A DNA stretch of 64,000 bases from Phoronis australis (taxonomy: Eukaryota; Animalia; Phoronida): assembly GCA_002633005.1 (NCBI GenBank), contig NMRA01000352.1, positions 340,356-404,355 of the forward strand, given 5' to 3'. The position numbers and the translations under genes are program-made. Below are positions 25,533-39,700 of this stretch, in pieces (position 1 is the first letter of the stretch; every line of letters begins with the position of its first letter). Below the pieces are notes generated by a model. It was not told the DNA's origin and made no database searches. It was given only the letters and a program-made list of their open reading frames with translations.

Positions 25533-28500
25533 CATTGTCACATACTTCAGGATAGTTTCTTCTCAATACACAAGATAGCTTTCAAGTCCATTCCTACATA
25601 GAGGTCTACTTAGGGCAAATCCCTCGTTTATAAATTATAATTGAAAAACTTATGCTTTATTTTTCAATATGTCACGCAAAAACTGATTAACATGGTCATG
25701 TTTGTTCAGTCCAAGATGTTTCCAAATTTTCAAACAAGCTGTGATGAACGTAACGCCAACAAAGAAAATATATATGTTTCCTCCATTTTGGTTGGCTAAA
25801 ATTCCATGTTCTTTCAGAATTGTTTCTGAAATTGAAAAACCTTGTTATGGATGTTGCGCTTTCAATACCGAAGTGGATACCCCCATCTTGAGAGATATCA
25901 CTTGCTGTCTATGTCTCCTCTTACTTCACAAGGTCATCGTCAGTTGATGTCATTCCCACCTCCACATGTACTGTGCCTGTATTCTGAATTAATTTAGGAA
26001 AATTACCAGTAGAAAATCTAAAACAACTTTTCAATCTAGCTTTAAACCATGGTGTCATCTGGCGTTGAGAAAACAAAGCCTACAAGAGTTCTTGTTTATG
26101 CTAGGCATTGGGATAGATAGAACGATATTGTCTCTGGTTGATTTGTATGAAGTTGCAACCGCACAACTGGTTTATTCATTAAAAAGAATGAGAATCTGGT
26201 TTGGTTGCCCTCTGCTTATTAGTTTGCTAGATGTTTCCATATCTGGGACAGCCGTATTTCTGTGTGCCATTGTCAATGTATGAAAGGAAATGAGCGTAGT
26301 CAGTTTAAAAAGAACGTTAAAAGGTGTGTAATTAAAATTCGACGATCTCCCATTACTATTCAAACAAGGTGGGTAATTGGCAAATAGGCAGCAAGCAGTC
26401 ATGTGTACCCATCATCGATTGGAGGAGCTTCTTTCAAAAGTACTAATCAAATAGGACGTCCCTGCTGTTGTTGAGCTCCAAAATTGTTTTTGCTTAAATA
26501 TGAAATTAATTCGCATAAATATTGGTATAAAACGCTGTTTATGTGCGTAACTTAGCTTGACTTTTCTCTGGAAACTGAAGTTTATACCATTTTCTGCTTA
26601 GGCATTTAAAATTAATTTTTAAGGTTGAGATGATGGATGATAAGATGTTAAGCTCAGAATTTGGTAAAGTGTTCGAGTACAAACTCAGAATTATTGTTAG
26701 TGTGCCACATTTCTTTCGGGTAATAATTCCTTTGCATAGCGTCCTATGCTGTGTTATTGATTTTTTAATTATTTCCCATTAATTAAGACTATGGTTGAAG
26801 ATTTGACCCTGTTTGTTTCTAAAATTAACTACTCGAGTCAACCACTATTAGTTGTTCATGAAGATTTTATTGGACTCCGGCACTAAAGTTCTCGTAATGA
26901 ATTGATTTCTTCATCTATTTCCAGCTGGCAGGAAAACACGTGGCCATTCCGCCAGTGTGTGTTTTAGCAATCTACTAAAAAACTACTAGCAAACTAGGGA
27001 GTGTTCAGGCTTTTCACTGCTCTGTAGTCAAGTGTTGCGTCAGAGCCACAGCAGAATCAGTGTAGGTTAATCTGAGTCTCTGGGAATACAGCAATGGCAC
27101 ACAAGTGTTGGACTATTCCGGCTGATTAAACAGTCTTGGTGCTGCACAATAGGGCTAGAGTTTAAGTGAACGTATCCATGACAACGGCTGACGAGCTCTT
27201 TCGCATCTCATTGTGAATAATTCCGAAGCTGTTGTGGCCTGCTCTCATGTTCACTTATGTCTATGTATGGAGTCTCTGGTGTTCTAAGTAAATGGAGTCG
27301 CACTCATCAGGTTTTCTGCCAGCATGCATCAAAGCTCCAAATTTCATTTTGTCTTTCTTATATATTTCTGTTGGCAGGTGCCCTGATATTGGGGAAATTG
27401 TGGAGATCCCCATGAAAACTCTTTATCCAGTGGTTTCATTATTCACATGGTTTTCCTTTCAGTTGAAGACATAGGTACTTTTTGCTTAAAAGTCGTAGAA
27501 AAGGTAACCGGTGACCGAATGAATGGTTGAACCAGTATTTTTGAAATATTGCTGGTTTTAGCAGGATCCTGTTGTATTTGGTGATGTGGAGGATAATTTG
27601 GTAGTGTACCACTTCAAAGACAGAACCAATGTCAAGCAGTGATTGATTAGTTTTAAAAATTCTTCAGCTTGGGTCACAATATGGTAGACAAGCAAAACCA
27701 ACTTATCTGAAATTTTCAAAAAAAAAAGATTTTGTGAAAATTTTTACACTGACTAGAGCTGTCGGCACATGCAGCAGAATAACAGAAAACCGACAATTTT
27801 AGCAATTATTATTAATGGATCTAAATTGAAGAGTTTTATCAATCAAAACCTTGTCGTGCAGGTAATAAGTATCTTTACTTGGTATTGCCATGTACCAGGA
27901 ACAGTTCTGGTTGAGTTAAACTGTGGCTGTATAAATTATTCAGTGTGAAAGTTAGTTTTCTTTGTCTCTTGCTATGTTCCTCATTGTTTACTCACTGTTT
28001 ACTCTCTGACACATGTATGCAGCCACAGCCAGCAATTATCTAAATTACACCTGAGTGATTCCTCATTCTATTTCTACACTGTTTAATATGGCTGTAGGCA
28101 CGACAAGCCCTTAGTCAGATTCCGTGGCCTTTTTTGTCAAATTCGTTGTTGGCACTCCGATGTAGACGAAATTTCGAAAATAAGTTATCTTAATAGCAAA
28201 TGCTGAAAAACATTTAGACCTTGCTGATTTTGAAAACAAAATTGTCAAAAGTTCAATCTTGTTTGAACAGTTGCCAGAGTACACAAGAGGCAACATACGC
28301 AATTTGTAATAGTCAATTAGCTGTCCTTTCTCCAAGCCTACCAGTAGTAATAGCCTGTGTTTGTTTTACAAAGTCTCTGGCATAATACCTGTATTCCGCT
28401 TACGCATTCGGTTGCCATGGAGTGGGGTTTTTAGCCCAGAGCTCTGTCGACTGCCGTTATTGGTTGTTGTCTCTGTACCACTCGGTCAACATGGAATCCT

Positions 28501-29210
28501 ATTGGGTGTGTGGGAACTAGGGCAGCTCCTAAGCCAGTCCTTTTGTTTCCTGCTCCCTGCCACACACATGCGTGCATGACCACCACTTTAATTTTCAGTG
28601 AGAAAGACTTTGAATTGCATTCCTAATTGACTGGAAATAGCTGTATAGCTTTCTAGGTCTTTAGGTGGTTAAACAACAATATGCTTCATGTTGGCATGTT
28701 GTCACCAACTGGTCTGTGTGGTGCACAAATACTTGTGGTCACATCCAGCTCACATGCAGCTTTGTGAAAGAAATTTTCCAGAGAAATGCTGATAATGTGT
28801 CTGCAAAAGTATGACATATTGCGGGATCTGATTAGGTCTATGACAATTTAAAAAGTTGGCTTATCTTACGGCAGGCTGTAATCACTGCCTTCCACAAATC
28901 AACATTTTACATGCTCTTATCCCCACAAGACATCGCGCTGTACTTGAATTCAAACGCTCTCGCCGTACATGACAAGGTTTTGAACACGGCCTCAGACACT
29001 TCAGCCAAGGACATCTACACACGAATGTGAAAAAATATCAGCATTTGTCATTTGCTAGCACTTAATGTGGCGCGCCCTGAATACTGAGACTTTGTTCTAC
29101 CAGACCTCAGGTCTTGTACTCTTTATCACCAGCAAAGAGATTACCAAACAAAGAGCCTGTACTTAGCCAAGCGCAGCTCTGTGTCTGCATGGAGTGTAGC
29201 TTTGCTTTGG

Positions 29211-29719
29211 GAGTCTTTCATATTGACTTAACTCCGGTCTGAGCAGAGCGTCGACGTAAACAGCACAATTAACTGGACCGTTCGTACTGGCTTCGGTAGT
29301 TAATCAACATCGAAGTAAACGGTGGGTGACGCTGTCGTCATCCAAATTATCGCAAGGTAGCTCTGCATGCTAAGATTTTTTTCAATGTGACAGTTTGGGA
29401 ACATTTGCATGTGCTAATTGACATTAAACTTATTTTTAAATCGATTGGTTATTATTTGAGCAAAATATAAGCAGCTATTAGTGACGGCACTACCCTGTAA
29501 CTGTTGACGATAACAGTGGCACCTAGCGATAACTTCGAATGGACCGAAGTTAACCGTTCATACTGCACCGCAGCGTCGACGCTGCGCTGTTAAATAGCCC
29601 TGTTAACTGCGATGTTAACTGGAGCTGTTAACTTCGATCGTGGACCGTAGTTAAGCATTCATACTGACCGCAACTCCCCAAACCATCGACGTGTTGTCGT
29701 TAGTATGTATGAAAGGCCC
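29211..29719. mobile_element. PIF/Harbinger-like MITE with internal sub-repeats
   Basis: Termini GAGTCTTTCATA and TATGAAAGGCCC. An internal GGACCG(A/T)AGTTAA.C.TTCATACTG unit recurs at ~29275, ~29541 and ~29642. Confidence 0.65.
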
Positions 29720-30207
29720 TATAGAAAAAATGCAATTGAAAATTTTCAGTGATCTGAAAACCATAATTTGTGTTGGCCAGTTTGTGCGCTAATTGTTTTA
29801 CTGTCAAATCGAAGGTCCAGTCAAGTCATCTTTGTTGAGAAATTTTATCGAATAGTCCGTATATTGTTTACTTGCGCAACACTGGTTGACTTATCTGTGT
29901 CATTTGATTTTTAATTTTTTAGGCCGTTTCACATCCATTGCGGTCAAATCTAGAATGTTTGTGCAGAATGTTTTACCTCGGAACTCAAATACAAGGACAT
30001 ACAAGGATGTTGCTACCATATTGTGCTTCTGCTACTTCTACAGTTTGGTTGTTGAAACTTCTATTCGAAATGTACGAAAATAGCAAAATGTCATTAGTTC
30101 ACCGTTGTTCAATTCTGCCTCTGGGCAGTGACATTTGCAGCAGTGGCAGAGACAGCAGTGTTTAGGGCCTGGCTTGTGTGGCATTCTTCCCCACTGTTCC
30201 GTTTTAA

Positions 30208-30660
30208 GGGTGTTTCACACAAACGTCAACAAGTCGAGGTTTGGAGAGTACCAGTTGGTCTGAATGGTTAACTTCGGTCTTGGGTCAAATTTAAGAGTGC
30301 AAGTGATAATGTTAGTGTCGGTTGACTACCAAAGCTGGTGTGAAAGATTCAACTTACTTCGCAGTGTACATCAATGCTTCTTTAGTATCGAAGTTAGTTA
30401 GTATGAAATAACCTTTAGATCCTAGAACGAGTGTTATGTTTGTCAGAGTCCATCCTTGTGCTGATAGTGGCATAGTTACTGGCTGTGTAGGTGTTTCACT
30501 TGGCACCAGGTGACTCTGTTGTCTTCTTGGATTACACTGGTTCCACTCGCTTGAGTCAACCAACTTAGATATCTGAAGCCCTCGTTGGGAACCACTCAAA
30601 TCATCAGGATGGTTGACCCGCTGACCTTTGCATTTGTTGGGCGACTGAATCAAGTGCATC
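30208..30660. mobile_element. Degenerate Harbinger-like MITE related to 29211-29719
   Basis: Starts TAA|GGGTGTTTCACAC. Contains TGAATGGTTAACTTCGGTC, the reverse complement of the sub-repeat above. Right boundary uncertain. Confidence 0.4.
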
Positions 30661-32871
30661 CTTGTAGAATACCAAAGTCAGGATGGTCTTTAGTTTGATA
30701 CAGAAAAAGTCATCCTATGATAGTCACTGCTCAAATCTTAAAATTCTCTACAACGATGGTTCCTATCTTTCAAGAGCTTGTTTAAACATTTCTTATACTT
30801 TCAGTGACATTACATTGGCATCCCTGTTATGGTAATGAGTGACTTTTATACTGCAGCTTGGCAAAATCTGTCCATATTCAAACAAAAATAATTGACAAAG
30901 TTGCCTGTGTTCCATTTTTCATTGGTAACACTAAACGAATGGCAAAGTGATTAAGTAACAGGACAAAACTTGCATTTATGTGGTGCTACTTGTCATTAAT
31001 GTGGTGCTACTTGTCATTATTGGAAAATAAACATTCTCCATACTGTGTCCAAAGTTAGTGAGGTCTCACCACAGTTGTCATTTCAGGGTTGAGAAAGTTC
31101 TTTTCCGTCTTCAGCGTTCCTTTAAAATACTGGTTTAATTTTGAACAGGTAGTTTGCAATTACTTTCTTATGAACAGCCACATCCCCCTGTCTTTATTGT
31201 ACCTGTCTAGTGATGGAAATGACTTGGAGTCATTGAATGATTCCATCCTTTTATGTATGTTCACCTTGAGTGTGGAATCAATGAGATGGATAGGGGTGTT
31301 AATGAGCGATAATCATGCACCATTACACCTGTTTTCTTGATAGCCTAACTCTCCCCTGCCAGGTCATGCACTGTATCATGACTGCTGTCTGTCACTTACA
31401 ATGCAGTCATACAACTTTGTACAAGTAAAACATCTGTGCTCGGTTTTGTTTTTGCTTACAAACTCTCTAGAGTATTCAGTTATGTTCCATAAAGTGCAAG
31501 TAGTACAGAACTAAATCATTCGTAAATTGTGCACCATAGCTACAGACAATGATTTGAAAAACTGATCATTCAAAACAAAGAAGCGTTTGAAAAATAAAGA
31601 AAATGTCAATGGCAATTATTTTGGTCCGAAATTGGAAAGATTTTGTGAGTGTTCTCCGCAAAAAAATTCAAACTCGAGTTGAATTACCAAATAAATGCAC
31701 TGAACTGATACCAAAAGTCTAAAATGTAATAATTTCTTAAGAAATGACTAATTTCCCAACACTCGTTGCATAAGATTTCAAACTCAATGCAAATAAGCCA
31801 AATTCAACATGACAAAATTCAAACTTAACGCAGTGACGAGTCAAAGCAGGCAGTGGAGAACGCTGTTTACCATAAATAGCTACGTTTAAGACTTGTTAAG
31901 GTGTCCGTAAATACCTGGGGCTGGGTCCTAAGTCAGATGTGTAATTTTAACTATTATGATTGTAAGCACAAGATAGCAAAGACAATCTCAGTGCTTTCAA
32001 CTGAGTGGAACACTTTACCTGTTTGTCTCGAGTTACGCGTATAGCCAGTCTTCAAGCTATGTTCTTCCATAAGCCACTGTAATGAACTGTGTGCTTGTAA
32101 AAAATAAGCTTGCTATAAACCCAAGACATTCGGTGCAAGAAGCATTTTTTTATTTAGACTATTCACTTACCAATCCAAAATTTGTCTATACCTGTTTTTT
32201 ACTTGGTAGGAGGAGATTTCTGGGTTTGGGCAGAACTGAGAGACTGAGAGTAGTTATTGCTTGAGACCATTTCTGCTGCAGTTTGCAGAGCCTTATCTCA
32301 AGCAGTAATGAACTGTTAGGTCTTAGGAAGCCCAGAAATCGCTTCCAGTTGGACTAAGGAACTATTTGAGACCAACTTCGTAATAGTAAGTGGTCGAAAT
32401 CACAAGTTTTGTAGTGATGAAAGGTGGGGGGAGGGGGTATTGTTCCGTATGATGGCTGCTGTAGTAGTTACAACTCTGTACAACCATGTTGAGCATTGTA
32501 ACAAGGAATGGTGATAGTTGGTCTTTATAGGCGTCACTGGACTCTTCTTTGTCATAAACTGTAGGAATAGTCCTGTGGTCAACTCCGCATGTATTTGCTT
32601 TATAATACTATTTCAGCTGTTTCACAAAAGACTTAACAAACACTGCTTACTAGCATTAGTCTAAATGCCACCCAAACAACTCATTTGACCACATCATACA
32701 GCATTACAATCATCTTCTATTACACAAATAAAGTTGCTGATCTGTCTATTTGTTTTGTGACAACATGTTGTTGAAGCATCCACTAAATCCTCCACAGGAT
32801 CTACTTTCTTCTTCCCATTGTCAGCGATTCAGAGTCTCCCTCTACTGGGGTTGGGGTAAAAGAAATACGTA

Positions 32872-33343
32872 CGGTAAAGTTGCTTGATTTTCAGACGGCC
32901 CGCCACTTTCGGACAAGAATAAATATTTCCCAAATAAGTTTTTCATAGTCCACGAAATCCGTACAAGATCCAAAAACTGTTTTCAATGATCCTCGAATTT
33001 CGAACAATGTCATAAACATCAGATTTCTGTACCACGACTTTCGGACAGGGAACATTTTAGAAACGCCAATTTCGGATTGACGCAACTCTTTTGTCACTAA
33101 AGCATTCAGTGGATGATTACTACTCTATAAGGCTTGAATCCGAGAATTGGTATAACGGGCTCTGTAATTTTTACCTTGTCTAAATGATGTACACCCAAGA
33201 ATTTCGAACACAATCGGAAACCCAAATTTGGAGGTCCACCAAATTTGGACACCACAAAAATGATGTTTCACGAGATTCGTCCAAGAATGTTTTTTTTCTA
33301 TTGGAATTAATTTTTAGTGTCCGAAAATCGCGTGACTTTACCG
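32872..33343. mobile_element. Tc1/mariner-type MITE with TA TSD
   Basis: TA|CGGTAAAGTTGCTTGATTTTCAGAC ... GTCCGAAAATCGCGTGACTTTACCG|TA, with internal TTTCGGAC repeats. Confidence 0.8.
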
Positions 33344-33565
33344 TAATTAGTTATTTTATATTTCCCTGTACTTATAATCGTTAACAGTAAACAGCAGTTT
33401 TACCTGAAAGTCATCCTGCCCCTGTACATTCTTCTTGTTTTAAAGATTGAACCTTTTATTTATCTACATTGAACTAAATTTGTGTGGTTACCTGGTTTCA
33501 CGTTATACAGAAACAAACTCAGAAAATGAAACTTTGTTGAAGCCTACAATGGTAAAATGGTAAAA

Positions 33566-33738
33566 TGGTAAAATCTCACCAATTTTAGGCTAAAATAATT
33601 CCCAAAATTGATACGTTTTTTATTTTTTCAAATGCATTTTAACTCTATGAAGTATTTATTTGACGCTACTTTCATGAAAAAATGAAAAAAAAATCCCTTT
33701 TTTGCCATATCGTGCCCTAAATTGGTGAGATTTTTCCC
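33566..33738. mobile_element. MITE family A copy
   Basis: TGGTAAAATCTCACCAATTTTAGGC ... GCCCTAAATTGGTGAGATTTTTCCC. Confidence 0.7.
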
Positions 33739-36700
33739 TATAATGTCTTAATACCATTCCAGTTTTATTTACACGACGACGAAGAAGAGCATTCTGGTGT
33801 TAAGTTTAATCCTATTCACTACTTGCACACTTTGGTGGCGCTGCAAAAAATGATTGTTGTGCATCGCCTCGTTTTAGCATCATTTTTAACGACCCAAATG
33901 TTCAAGCGCTTGTGTTCCAAACATACAGAACCATTATAGTTTGGACACAACACCTTGTTCTCAAGCGTAATTGAGAATTCGTGCAAGTAGCGAATTACCT
34001 CGGTCTGTTTTTGCGAAGTGTGTTCGCTTTTAATTATTGCTGTGTCTCTTGATGTTTTTGCCTGCTTCGGTTTTGACTTGTTTTTGTTTTCGTTGTAGAA
34101 AATTTGTCACCAGAGGATTGCGAGTCATTCCAACTATTAGGTATTTACCGTTTTTTTATTTTTACATCTGTCGTCTCTCTTCTCTTCCTAAGATTGCCGA
34201 GCCTTAGTTTAGCTTAATAATTTCTGTTGTGTAACGGTGTATTCTCATTGTTTTACATTACACGTTCAATCGGCTTAAATTTCATTTACATTTTCTCCTT
34301 TTTCTTAGAATTCTCTGTTTCGCTGGTGCTTCACGGGTTCCTGGTTTCTCTAATCAAAACGTACCCTTAGCTAAGATTTACGATTGCTCAAAGATTTGAC
34401 CAGTTAAGCACCAGCCATTTAGATTTGACTTTCTGTTCCATTTTGATGTTGTGTGTGTCCTGTGTTGTAACTGCTGTTCTGTGCTGGTTATTACCAACGC
34501 CACAACTGATCCCCTGGTGAGATTTTGTTTCCATGGTGATTGGTAATCCATGGTAATCGCCTCTCTTTCAGTTTGGTCATGTGACGCCCCTTTGCCAAGG
34601 TGACAAGCCGACGTGAATGGTGTGTACATCACCTTTTGGCTATGCCAAAGACTAACACACTAACCCGCTTTGATACCCTTTCTAAGTACTCATAAACAAT
34701 GTGGTGGTGTAAACCTTGAGAGTAGGAAACTTGACTTGGATTTCAGATTTTTTGAGTGAATGTTCGCCAACTGGTGTGCTCGCATTTTCATACTGCCTTT
34801 TTCAAATTCTTCAGCTATTTTTCGCAAAATAATGGACACAATACTCATTTTTGATTTTTCAAAGTTTGACTGTCGTGCTCAATATTGGTAACTGAAGTTT
34901 TGCAAGGTGACACATGCACAGTAGAGGAAATGAAATGCTGTTGGGGCAAAATTTAAGTATGTTTGAAACCAGAAATTTCCTTTGTTCCCTTTTGTCCAGT
35001 AGTTTTTGCTTTCACACACAGCTTTGGCTGGTGCCACATGGCATTAGCACATCACATCAACTGTCAGTGGTCACTGTTTGATGACCATCTCCATTCTCTG
35101 TCCTTAGGGTTTAAGTGTGAACAAAAATACTGTCAAATTATGAAAAAATCACCAAATGAGGTCAGAGTGAGGTGACAAGTAGCACCAGATAAGTGTGCTT
35201 TACTGTATATGCCATCCTAATTTTGAGAAATCGTGGCTTTCACATCAAAGTCGAAGCCTTCAAAAAATGAAGAAATCATCAATACCGGTTATTATTTTTT
35301 CAAAAATTAGATTGTACTTTATATGACAATTTGCTCATTTATTTATCAAAAATATAAACATCACAGAGAATTCTGTTTTTTGTTGAGAGCCTTATTAACT
35401 TTTGAATTGTCTCTTCTCTTGTCTATCTCGCACAGTCAAAAACTTTTCATCAAGACTAGTGCATTTCCAAAGTCAGCCATTTTTGAATCAATTTTTTGTG
35501 CCACTTTCTAGCATTCTCAACTATTCTCGAGCAGAGAAGAGATCCCATGGTGCAGTCTCAAGATGTGTGCACATTTTGTTGATGATCCTGATATTGAAAT
35601 TCATAACTTAGCTTTTTATCTTTGAGTTGAGCCTGAGCCGTCAACTTAATTTAGATCACTTTCTGGTGTGAAGTTGCTCTCAAAGTGTTCTTACTCAGAT
35701 GAGGAATGATTTCTGAGCTATGGAAGAGCTACCAGCTTGCTAGTGATTGAGACTGCTCTACGTATAAATGCAATAACAAACTGTTTGTTCTTGCCAAGCT
35801 CAGGAATGGTTTCTTATCTGAGTAACGGACAACCAATTCTTTTGCAGTAAGTGTCCAAATTAAAAAATTAGTTTTTTAAGAGAGGCCGTTTCATAGCCGC
35901 TTTAAGCGTCTTCCATCTTTGTGACCAAAACAAGCGTTGAAAGCCAAACACGTGACTAATGTACTGACACTGTCAGGCGAAAGCAGAGCCAAACTCCGTT
36001 GCGGGAGACTTGCTTTCTTTGCGTGTCACTAGTTTACACCACCAACCTTAACTGCTGACTAGAGCACAGTTGAACACGATTTCCTTTCTACTCCCAGCTA
36101 CTCTCTGCATTATTAATACGCATCGCTTGTTCCAGGCACTAATGACTTGTCACTCTTGAAATTGGCTCAGTTTTACTGAGCATGGTTGGCCGTGGGAAGT
36201 CAATTTTTTCCCTGGGGGTTCGCAATTTTGGCTCATTTGCCTAGCTGCGCCAAGCAGTCATTAGGGCGATTATGCTGCTGGATTGTGTTTTTGAGATGAC
36301 TAAATTTGTGTTTATCTGGCAATCTCCCTGGCTGTCATTTCTCATTACTGGACAGGATTCTCTTGAATATTTATACGACCATGCTTGAGGCGATCTAAAA
36401 CACTCGAGTGAAAAATACTTCGTTCATCTCTCCCTCTTTCTCGAAAGCCACGCTGAGCCGGCTGTAATTGTTCTCAGCAGAGATTTTGCCGTGGCATGCA
36501 AATTTAGACATGATTAAACTCGGAATTTCTTGACAATTTTGTCTTATAGTTTGATTTAATTTGCATCTGGAGTGTTTTGACTTGATTGCTATGCAGCGAC
36601 TTGCATTTGTCTAGTACAAATTAGTTATACACCTTCACTAAAGTCTTGTTAAGATTTTAATGCCGAGATGCATGTTTTTTTGGCATGTTTTGACAACTAG

Positions 36701-39700
36701 TGCAGTTTTGTTACTGCTGTCTTCTTTGGCTCACCGAGTAGTTCAGCATGCAATCTCCCAGTGATTCTACACAACTTTCCCTGTTTTGCCTATCTACTCC
36801 GTTGAAAGCATAAGGATCTCTTGCCTGTATCTCTGACGTTCCCTCGAGAGCCAGTTTGTTGTGGTTGGCTCGCGTTCTCCATTAAAGCCTGGTGTTATCA
36901 GAGCTCGTGTTTGGAGCTCTGTATTGTGTCACTGTAGGGCTGGTAGAATTTTTAAGTTAAACTACTTGAGGCAATTTGTGAATAACCAGTGAACAACAGG
37001 GACCCACTTGGGTCAGTAAAGATAGTTGTATGTTAGATTTTTGGTGTCACACAAGCTTTCTGTATAGCTAATGAAGCTGATTGTCCAGTGTAGGTATAGA
37101 GTAACAGGCGTTTAGACACTTTCAGATAACGGGTAACAACGAAACACATTTCGTCGCTACAGTAGAGTACTTGGGAAGACGTTTAGCACCACTTGCAGGT
37201 CGCTCCTGTGATTTAGATGTTGCGGGATTTCACAACATTTTTTATCAATTCGCTCCAATCGCCATGACATCAAAATAAAAGCTATTTTGCCAATGCCTTT
37301 AAATCGAAATGTTCTTGGCCGAATGAGTGAGAGAATCATTAACTAGTAAAGTTTGTATTGTCACTTGGTCCTGATCGAGTGTTCAAATCTCACTCACACG
37401 TCAACAGAAACCATTTTGTCTCATTAAAATTTTGTTTACGAAAATACAGTATGTAACTATGAAGATGTTAAATACAGTAGTCACTGCGATTGCTTTTTTT
37501 CAACACCAGTAAGCATTCGAGCTTTGGTTTTCCAATTATGAATCGCCATAGTGGTACGCGTTCACCTTTCTAATTAATTGAAACATCAGTCATAAATCTG
37601 ACCGTCTTTCCCCGTAATACCATGACAAGAAGTGCGCATTAGTAATTCCAGCATAATTGTTGCCTAATTGTCCACAAGCTTCTAATTGCGAATAGAGGTT
37701 GTGAAGTGTTCTGTACTAATGCGGTTTCTCGAAGGCGTCTTGGAATCTATCTCTGCGTGGCTGTGCGTGTGAGCCGAGATTTCACATTGATGGTTTCATG
37801 ATGTGAATGTGTGGTTGAAAACAGGTTTTTGCTGTCAAGAATTTGATACAAAAGCTTTGGAGGCTTTCAGAAAGCAGCGTCTTTTTATTATGGTGACTTG
37901 CGGTCCAGTTGCTGTTCTGAGCACGGTTTATCAAAGGTTTTTAATCTGGTCTTGGGTAAGACGGTCATAATTTGGATTTTAATGTGTACAGTTCATTAAG
38001 GATATGTGAACAGCTCATTAAGGATATGTGCAACTTGATGGACAAGTGTGCGCTTTTAGTCAAACATCTGCAAAACTTAGGTTATAACTCAAAAATGTAT
38101 GTATTTTTCTAAGTGTAAAGCCTGAAGAATTTAATTTCCGACTCTTTACCAATTTGTCAGTATTAATTGGGTCATGTGACAATGTCATAAAAGAATGGTT
38201 CATTAATAGTAAAACAGCAGTGTCAATAACATGTTCAAATTTTATTTGATGTAAATGTTCAAGATGAGGTAATCAAAAATGCTGTTACAGTTTTAAAAAA
38301 TATTTTGATTTGGTTTCAGGAAACTTGGTTTTTCATGAAAGTCACGAAGTCCTATTTTTAGATAGACACCTCGTCCAAAAGTGGAATGTATCAAAAACAA
38401 TCTCTAACAGCCCAGTATCGGAGATATGATGTTCCAAAGAAAGTTAAATTTGGACATTTTTTCTATCTTTCCACATAATCTTAACTCAGAGACAAGGTGG
38501 AGGCTCTCACATATGGAAATGAAAAATGGTCAACTTCAACGATTATCTCTTGTTAAAAAAAACACAGCGTTGTGTTTACAACAACTTCTGAGTATGACCA
38601 TCTTGTCAACTACGACTTAGGGTACAACATTTAATAAAACTGACCTCTGGCCTGTAGAGTTACTAAACTGTGACCACTTTCCTGACCAGTCGTTCTAAAT
38701 ACGACTGATATTTCTTGTTAATTACGAAAGTCTTCACTTGGCAATTAGTCTCATTGTACCGGTGATTTCTTGCTTGACGGAGCAAGATTTGATTGCAAGT
38801 GCCCGAACAATATCCCACCTATTGTTGTGTTTGTGGCCGTGTTTACCCACCATCGATTCACCTCCGTGGGCCATTCACAGAAGGAATGTGTTTGCTGTAC
38901 GTTGAAACGAGCATTTATGCTCGATGGTCACATTGATTTTTTACTAGCAGAATGTCTCTCAAATTACAGGCTGGCAAAACATTCTCACGTGTGCTCGTTA
39001 AAGCAGTTACGATGTACATTTCGATAACTTAGTGAGCCTGTAAATTCATTTTTTTTGCCTACGAGTGACCGACATAGTACTCAATGGAACGAGCTGCATG
39101 ATTTGTGTATGAACAATATGTCGCCAATTTTTGTACAAAAATAACTGCCAAAATTACCCTTTCTTCATGTTGTCAAAGGCTTTTAGCAGTGTTGCAAATG
39201 CCTACAGAACTCGGAAACAGTAAACCATTACTTTGATGCTTATTATTGTTCACAAAAAATGATGAAATAAAATTTATCTCCATACTGTGTCATAAATTGA
39301 TGAGGTTTTACTGTTACAAGGTTGAAGAACTCTTTAATGTTATCACTGTCAAATTCTTGCTTGCCAAACTGTGTTCCCAATTTTTCCAAAAAATAATGTA
39401 ATTGAATTTTTACTTATTCAGCTTTGCGCATATAATGCACTTTTTCACATGAATCGCTACGCGTTATTCATTTCTGTTAAGGATGAGAAACATAGTTCAC
39501 TTGTTAGCCAAGAGCTGACAGAATTGATGGGCTATTTGTAGCAGGGCCAATCGAATTATGTAGCCTGAAATTTGTGCTAGCTTTGTTGCAAAGTTTGAAA
39601 CATCAGTACCACTGTTGCATTCCTCGATTTTGTGTGGGTTTTGTTAAGACAGTAGTTATTTTCCACATTATGGGACACTTGCAGTCTGAGACCCTTATAC

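Noticed and set aside
36856-36878. TTTGTTGTGGTTGGCTCGCGTTC resembles miR-375
   Set aside because: The seed differs (TTGTTGT vs TTGTTCG) and only a ~9-bp stem forms, so it is not a pre-miRNA.
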